From the NCBI GenBank assembly GCA_009392275.1, contig VFGV01000020.1:2207-66206 (forward strand): a stretch of 64,000 nt of DNA, read 5' to 3'. The notes under the pieces were generated by a model. It was not told the DNA's origin, ran no database searches, and saw nothing but the letters and a program-made list of their open reading frames with translations. This DNA is from SAR202 cluster bacterium. Lineage in GTDB: Bacteria > Chloroflexota > Dehalococcoidia > Lucifugimonadales > UBA2962. The translations under genes and the position numbers were made by a program. Below are positions 58,358 to 64,000 of the stretch, one piece after another. Each line of letters opens with the position of its first letter. Position 1 is the first letter of the stretch.

Positions 58358-58819
58358 TTAAATTTTAAATTCATACATAAAATTCGAAGTGTCTATCATG
58401 CCCAATCTTTTGTAAATTTTTTGCGCATTTAGATTGTCGTCATTTACATGGATCTTTATAGTACAAACATTACCTTTGTCTTTAGCCATCTTGATAGTAT
58501 GTTTGTATAGGGCTTGGAATACACCTTTTCTCCTCCAATTACTATCAACAAACACCTCTTGTATCCACCAGGTGAACGCATTGTTACCTGGATCCCATTC
58601 ATATGTAATCATCAGGCAGCCAATAAGGGTTGAATTATCTGATTCTGTGGCAACTAAATACATGCCTTTAGATCGATCTTTGATAGGTGCAGATACTCCA
58701 GACAACAGTTTATCTGAATGCACGGACATATCTAATGATTTCCTGAGCAACTCACAAAACTCTGCAAGTTTTTTAGCATCCTCTATGCGAGCTAATCGTA
58801 TAGCAAATTTATTATCCAT
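58358..58819 (-). CDS. GNAT family N-acetyltransferase (paralog of its neighbour)
   Basis: WWIQEVFVDSNWRRKGVF and NLNAQKIYKRLGM. Confidence 0.9.
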   Translation of the reverse strand: MDNKFAIRLARIEDAKKLAEFCELLRKSLDMSVHSDKLLSGVSAPIKDRSKGMYLVATESDNSTLIGCLMITYEWDPGNNAFTWWIQEVFVDSNWRRKGVFQALYKHTIKMAKDKGNVCTIKIHVNDDNLNAQKIYKRLGMIDTSNFMYEFKI

Positions 58820-58895
58820 TGTGTTGTTAGAAATTTATTGTAGAAGATTTTATATAATCAAACAAAGGAATATTCATTATTTACGAAATTAACGC

Positions 58896-60383
58896 ATGGC
58901 AAAAAATAAACATATATACATAATTGGAGCCGGGCCAGGAGGACTAGCCACAGGTATTCTCTTGTCCAAATCAGGTGTAGATATAACTATATTAGAAAGG
59001 TCAAACACTGTAGGAGGTCGAACTTCATCAATATCAGAAAATGGCTTTAAATTCGACCTGGGACCCACATTTTTTCTCTATCCGCAAGCTCTTGAAAAGA
59101 TTTTTCAATCCGTTGGTCTTAATCTAATGGATGAAATAGAGATGGAACGACTTGACCCTCAATACAGAATAATCTTTAAATCGGGCGGGCACATTGATGC
59201 TACAAACGACATAAAACTAATGAGCGATCAAATAAAGAATTTCGCTCCTGAAGATGCAAATGGCTTTAGTAAATTTATGGACGAAAACCGTGAAAAACTT
59301 GTAAAAATGGAACCATGTCTTACTAATCCATTTTTAAATATATTTTCATTAATTTCTCCACGTTTACTAAAACTACTGCCAATGGTTAAACCAAACCAAA
59401 GCCTTGATACATACTTGAAACGATTTTTTAAAGATCCACGTATAAGACTAGCTTTCAGTTTTCAGTCTAAATATTTAGGAATGTCTCCGTTCGTATGTCC
59501 TAGTTTATTTTCTATACTTTCATTCATTGAATATGAATATGGTATATATCATCCGACAGGTGGCTGTAATGAAATCACCAAAGTCATGGCGCGGATAGCC
59601 AAGGAAAATGGAGTTGAAATCAAACTAAACGAGCCGGTCGAAGAAATACTTTTTGATAAAAACAAAGCCACCGGGGTAAGAACAAATAAAGGAAATTATA
59701 GGGCCGATGCAATAGTGATGAATGCAGATTTCGCACGTGCGGCAAAGACTCTAATTCCAAACAGGAAAAGAAAACGATGGACAGATCAAAAAATCAGTAA
59801 TAAAAACTTTTCGTGTTCGACATTTATGTTGTATCTAGGTATAGAAGGCCTTTATGATGTCCCTCATCATAATATATATATTTCTGAAGATTACCAAAGC
59901 AATTTAGAAGATATAGAACGTCGGCATGTACTTAGTAAATTACCTTCATTTTACGTTCAAAATGCATGTGTAACTGATCCTTCATTAGCCCCTAAAGGAA
60001 ATAGCACTTTATATGTATTAGTCCCAGTATCACATGAACATGAAAATATAGACTGGACCGCAAATACAAGTAGTTATAGAAATCTGATAATACAAGAGTT
60101 AGAAAAGGTTGGGTTTACTAACTTAAAAAATAGAATTATTTATGAAAAAATAATTACGCCTGCAAATTGGTCAAATCAGTACAACATTCACCTGGGTGCC
60201 ACTTTTAATTTATCTCACAATTTGAAGCAAATGCTGTATCTCAGACCAAGAAACAGATTTGAGGACTGTGAAGGAATATACCTTGTCGGCGGTGGAACTC
60301 ACCCAGGCAGTGGATTACCAGTAATATTCGAGTCTGCTGGAATTACAAGTAAATTGATAGCTGAAGATATCATCTTGAATTAG
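58896..60383 (+). CDS. crtI: Phytoene desaturase family protein (CrtI/CrtN-like)
   Basis: IIGAGPGGL, FDLGPT, FQSKYLG, SCSTFMLYLG, DPSLAP and LVGGGTHPGSGLPVI. Confidence 0.85.
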   Translation: MAKNKHIYIIGAGPGGLATGILLSKSGVDITILERSNTVGGRTSSISENGFKFDLGPTFFLYPQALEKIFQSVGLNLMDEIEMERLDPQYRIIFKSGGHIDATNDIKLMSDQIKNFAPEDANGFSKFMDENREKLVKMEPCLTNPFLNIFSLISPRLLKLLPMVKPNQSLDTYLKRFFKDPRIRLAFSFQSKYLGMSPFVCPSLFSILSFIEYEYGIYHPTGGCNEITKVMARIAKENGVEIKLNEPVEEILFDKNKATGVRTNKGNYRADAIVMNADFARAAKTLIPNRKRKRWTDQKISNKNFSCSTFMLYLGIEGLYDVPHHNIYISEDYQSNLEDIERRHVLSKLPSFYVQNACVTDPSLAPKGNSTLYVLVPVSHEHENIDWTANTSSYRNLIIQELEKVGFTNLKNRIIYEKIITPANWSNQYNIHLGATFNLSHNLKQMLYLRPRNRFEDCEGIYLVGGGTHPGSGLPVIFESAGITSKLIAEDIILN

Positions 60384-61587
60384 ATTTCCCATCTAATTTT
60401 ACGAACTCTTTTATAAATGGCTTTATATCCTCCATTAAATTTGCTGAAGGATGAGACCTCAAAACCATTCCATCCAGATACATCATACTTTTAATAATCG
60501 GGTACATACCTTTTGGGAAACTCATTCCAGCATTAACCGCTGCTTTTATAGTTTCCATCATCTTTTGAGTAAAACTAGCTTCTTCAGCGGTAGCAATTTC
60601 AAATCCATAATAAATCCGTTCTAATCTTTTTTGTAATTCAACCGTATCAATTGTGATTGATGACATACTTGCTAGTGAATTAACTGCGTTTTCATAATCA
60701 TATTGACTAATAGAATCGAAGAATTTCAAGAGGCCTCCGCTCACAATTTTGTCTACTCTTCCAATAACGCCTGTATCTAGAAACCAAATCTTATTTTTAC
60801 TCAACATGATATTCCCACTGTGTGGATCACCGTGAAAAACTCCTGCGCCAAATATAAAAGATCCTACTGCCTGAAACACCCTAAGCATATCTTCATATTC
60901 TAATTTGCCAGCGATAATCAATTGCTCTACTGTCATTCCTTCAATTTTCTCCGAGACCATAACTCTGGCATTAGAAAGATCCTTGTATATATGTGGAAAT
61001 GCAACATGATCTAGATTTACTTGTTGACTCAAGATTTTAGATGCTGAAATTAGATTCGCTTGACCCTCTATTTCATTATTTAAATCCAGTTCAGATAATG
61101 TGTTCAGTTCTATTGCTTTCAATGCTCCTAATGGATCTGCGACTTGTTGCAATTTAGGCCTGACCAACAAAATGCTTTTTAATATTCGCTCTGCAGCAAG
61201 TATGTCCCGCCTGAAAGACTTTTCCCAATCATCTCGTACCAACTTAATTACTACTTGCTCTCCTGTTTTAAGAGTTGCTTCATGAACTTGCCCAATTGAC
61301 GCCGATGCTAAAGGTAATCCACTAATGTGCTGGAAACTACTATGCCATCCTGAATTGACACTCTTTGTAAGCAGGTCTTTAAAGGTCTTTTTGTCTAACG
61401 ACTTGGTATTAGAAAATAATTTTGATAACTCTTGACACCGCTCAAATGGAAGAACATCAGGTCTTAATGCAAAAGTTTGAGCAACTTTCATAGACAGAAG
61501 ACCTTGTCTCTGTATTCGGTCAGCATCAACGGGATGATGAAAGAAAATATTGTATAAAGTTTTTATTAATTTTATTTCTTGAATCAA
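60370..61587 (-). CDS. ABC1/UbiB/AarF family atypical kinase
   Basis: PLASASIGQVH, VVIK, ELDLNNE, FHGDPHSGNI and LDTG. Confidence 0.9.
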   Translation of the reverse strand: MIQEIKLIKTLYNIFFHHPVDADRIQRQGLLSMKVAQTFALRPDVLPFERCQELSKLFSNTKSLDKKTFKDLLTKSVNSGWHSSFQHISGLPLASASIGQVHEATLKTGEQVVIKLVRDDWEKSFRRDILAAERILKSILLVRPKLQQVADPLGALKAIELNTLSELDLNNEIEGQANLISASKILSQQVNLDHVAFPHIYKDLSNARVMVSEKIEGMTVEQLIIAGKLEYEDMLRVFQAVGSFIFGAGVFHGDPHSGNIMLSKNKIWFLDTGVIGRVDKIVSGGLLKFFDSISQYDYENAVNSLASMSSITIDTVELQKRLERIYYGFEIATAEEASFTQKMMETIKAAVNAGMSFPKGMYPIIKSMMYLDGMVLRSHPSANLMEDIKPFIKEFVKLDGKSNSR

Positions 61588-61672
61588 TTGTAATTAGCTA
61601 GTGATAAAGTCCTATAAATATTATTAATTGGAGTCAGGCTTAATAAGTTCATTTACAATTAAATTATGACGA

Positions 61673-62767
61673 TTAGATCGTGGAGAGATTTGGTATGATT
61701 TGTTTAGAAAGAACTTCATGAGAGTTTTTCCAAAATCCCTTCGGGTTCCATTCATGCCCTATCGTAATTAGATATCCAAAACCACCGACATCCGAATATA
61801 ATTTTCGAATTTTTTCTTCTACTTCATCTGCACTACCGACCAGCCATATATTGTCTACTAAATATTGCAATGTAACATCTCGGTCTGGCATTTCTGGGTC
61901 GATTTTAAGTTGCTGAATCCGACCTGGAATTTTGGATAAAATCCGCAGAAAATATTCTTCATATGCAACTCCGATTGAACCTTCGATAGCTTCTTTTCGA
62001 GCTTCTTTTGTTGTATCACCGATGAGAACATCCCGAGCTATTCTCCAAGTTGATCTGCTTGGTGGATCTTTCCCCACATCCCGCGCACCTTTCTCAACAG
62101 ATAACCATTGTGCTTTAAGCGAAGTCATTGGCAAAAAGTTAATCGACATTGGAATCCAACCTCTCCTACCTGCCATCTCTAAGGTCTTAGAATCTGGCCT
62201 AGAGCCGGCAACAGCAATCGGAGGGTGGGGTTGTTGATATGGTTTGACATGAAATGACATACCAATTTCTTCCAATGGCTCGGTAATAGTAAAATCCCAA
62301 AACTCGGTTTTATACCGACCAGGATCAGGTTTATCCCACAGTTGAAGCACTGTATCTATTGCTTGTGCCGTCATTTTGCGATGATCTGTAGAATCAAGTT
62401 CAAACCCAGCAGCTTGAATATCTCCTGGAAATCCACCCGGCCCAACACCCCACATGAACCTACCCTTTAACATCTGATCTAATTGAGCTATACGGTGTGC
62501 GAGATGAAACGGATTGTGATTAGGCATGCAAGTAACCCCAGTACATAGTTTCATCGTTTTAGTTTCAGGAATAAGTCTGGCAATAATTAAATCTGGTGCC
62601 GGGATGTTTTCCCATCTAGAAGTATAATGCTCTCCCAACCATGTTTCACTATAACCAAGCTCATCCAATATTGAAAGTCGCTCTATGTCCATATCCAAAG
62701 TATCACTCCAGGCAGACACACCTGGTCGGTGAAGTGGCATTGTGAAATCACCTAACAAAATGGACAT
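61673..62767 (-). CDS. Luciferase-like (LLM class) flavin-dependent monooxygenase
   Basis: TMPLH, LGYSETWLGEHY, HRIAQLD, GRFMWGVG and KPYQQPHPPI. Confidence 0.92.
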   Translation of the reverse strand: MSILLGDFTMPLHRPGVSAWSDTLDMDIERLSILDELGYSETWLGEHYTSRWENIPAPDLIIARLIPETKTMKLCTGVTCMPNHNPFHLAHRIAQLDQMLKGRFMWGVGPGGFPGDIQAAGFELDSTDHRKMTAQAIDTVLQLWDKPDPGRYKTEFWDFTITEPLEEIGMSFHVKPYQQPHPPIAVAGSRPDSKTLEMAGRRGWIPMSINFLPMTSLKAQWLSVEKGARDVGKDPPSRSTWRIARDVLIGDTTKEARKEAIEGSIGVAYEEYFLRILSKIPGRIQQLKIDPEMPDRDVTLQYLVDNIWLVGSADEVEEKIRKLYSDVGGFGYLITIGHEWNPKGFWKNSHEVLSKQIIPNLSTI

Positions 62768-62900
62768 TATAAATTTACTTCCTTTATTATTCCCCCACAG
62801 GCTTAATTTAATTGTATATCAATAAAGTTACTAATGATGTTTATATGGATCTTTTATTCCAAGGTTCAAAATTAATTCTTCTTTAATATGGGAGTAAAAA

Positions 62901-63647
62901 ATGAGACTTAGAGAGAAAGTGGCAATAATTACAGGAGGATCGAGGGGGCAGGGCGCAGCTGAGGCAAAGCTTTTTGCAAAAGAGGGGGCATCTGTAATTA
63001 TTGGAGATATTTTAGACAATGAAGGTAAAAAAGTTGCAGATGAAATAAAAAACAACGGTGGTTCTGCAAAATATATCAGATTGGACGTTCAGAAAGAACT
63101 CGATTGGAACAATGCTGTCAAACTAGCTATTGAAACATATGGGAAACTAGATATATTGGTTAATAACGCTGCTATTCTTACTTTGAGCACCATAGAAGAG
63201 ACTACCAAAGAAGAGTGGGACAAAGTTATGGACATAAACATGTGGGGAATTGTTCTTGGTACGAAAGCTGTTTTGTCTGAAATGCGTAAAAGTGGTGGTG
63301 GATCAATAGTAAACATCTCGTCACTTTCAGCAATAATTGCTCAACCGTGGGCTGCTGCCTATCACGCATCTAAGGGTGCTGTCAGAATTCATACAAAAGA
63401 AGCTGCTCTAGAATTTGCGAAGGATAATATCCGGGTAAATTCTATACACCCAGGAGCTATCGATACGGATATGATCAGAGATGCTTACGGTATGGAGAGA
63501 GTATCTGAATATTTGGAACTTATTCCCTTAGGTCGCATGGGAAATTCTGAAGATATTGCTAAAGGAGTTTTATTTCTAGCATCAGATGACTCTAGTTATA
63601 TTACTGGCGCCGAACTTACTATCGATGGCGGCATATTAATTAAATAA
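62901..63647 (+). CDS. Classical SDR (3alpha,20beta-HSD/cyclopentanol dehydrogenase-like)
   Basis: TGGSRGQG, NNAA, NISS, YHASKG, IRVNSIHPG and ITGAELTIDGG. Confidence 0.92.
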   Translation: MRLREKVAIITGGSRGQGAAEAKLFAKEGASVIIGDILDNEGKKVADEIKNNGGSAKYIRLDVQKELDWNNAVKLAIETYGKLDILVNNAAILTLSTIEETTKEEWDKVMDINMWGIVLGTKAVLSEMRKSGGGSIVNISSLSAIIAQPWAAAYHASKGAVRIHTKEAALEFAKDNIRVNSIHPGAIDTDMIRDAYGMERVSEYLELIPLGRMGNSEDIAKGVLFLASDDSSYITGAELTIDGGILIK

Positions 63648-63668
63648 ATCATTTTAGGAGTCATTCAT

Positions 63669-64000
63669 ATGGTAGAAGTATTTAAACCGGCTCAGTTAAG
63701 GGTTGAGTATGACGTTAAAACAAAAATGCGAGACGATGTAAGTCTCTCTTCAGACATATATTTTCCAATTGGCAGCGGTCCGTGGCCAGTCATACTCATA
63801 AGAACTCCCTACAATAATCAAATGCCCGAGCTAATTATTGAAAGCGCAACATATTTTGCGCAAAACGGGTATGTTGTCATATCTCAAGACGTCCGAGGTA
63901 GATTTGATTCCGATGGTAAGTTTGAGCCTTGGGTTAACGAATTTAACGATGGATATGACACTATAGAGTGGATAGGTAAGCAAACTTGGTGCAACGGGAA
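63669..64000 (+). CDS. CocE/NonD family hydrolase (runs off the right window edge)
   Basis: Not in the ORF track. RBS AGGAG; manual translation gives MRDDVSLSSDIYFP...PVILIRTPY...GYVVISQDVRGRFDSDG...DGYDTIEWI...WCNG. Confidence 0.92.
   Translation, partial: MVEVFKPAQLRVEYDVKTKMRDDVSLSSDIYFPIGSGPWPVILIRTPYNNQMPELIIESATYFAQNGYVVISQDVRGRFDSDGKFEPWVNEFNDGYDTIEWIGKQTWCNG

Noticed and set aside
2031-63316. Numerous short ORFs antisense or out of frame within long genes (e.g. 4192-4599, 6110-6523, 11909-12202, 37962-38315, 49618-49992, 50071-50418, 58434-58892)
   Set aside because: They lie almost entirely within well-supported genes and carry no motifs; they are shadow ORFs.
1-64000. CRISPR arrays, IS elements, prophage genes, rRNA
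   Set aside because: No repeat-spacer periodicity and no transposase, integrase, phage structural or rRNA-like sequence recognised. The repeats found are intragenic.

Overview
AT-rich bacterial chromosome segment. The gene content suggests a marine Chloroflexota (SAR202/Dehalococcoidia-like) genome; this is an inference from the luciferase-like monooxygenase, the F420-dependent Ddn-type reductase, tandem CaiB CoA-transferase, FAH, CocE/NonD, NurA-HAS-HerA and CxxxY-type CcmE. In order, the window holds: a nucleotide-sugar cluster, a solitary SRA-like/HNH nuclease, msrA, a large NHL-repeat lipoprotein next to tRNA-Asn, clpC, holA, ychF-hemW-selB-nurA-HAS-herA, split ccm genes around a 2-oxoacid:ferredoxin oxidoreductase, queFCE, a sulfite/nitrite reductase, several catabolic enzymes, SulP and NAD-FDH, tRNA-Ala, and a very divergent IDH/IPMDH-family gene. 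The most notable region is about 49.4-57.7 kb, a candidate light-response regulon. Its regulator carries a CarH-type cobalamin photosensor module (W-x9-EH plus D-x-H-x-x-G) fused to a C-terminal XRE HTH resembling restriction-modification controller (C) proteins, instead of the usual N-terminal MerR HTH. Five TGT-N12-ACA boxes with an AT-rich core lie at the two promoters that drive a fasciclin lipoprotein and a Zn-ribbon/DICT-USP/photolyase/DUF2867/SDR cluster, and crtI lies nearby. No CRISPR array, rRNA, integrase or transposase was seen. All family calls come from motif reading by eye, not database searches.
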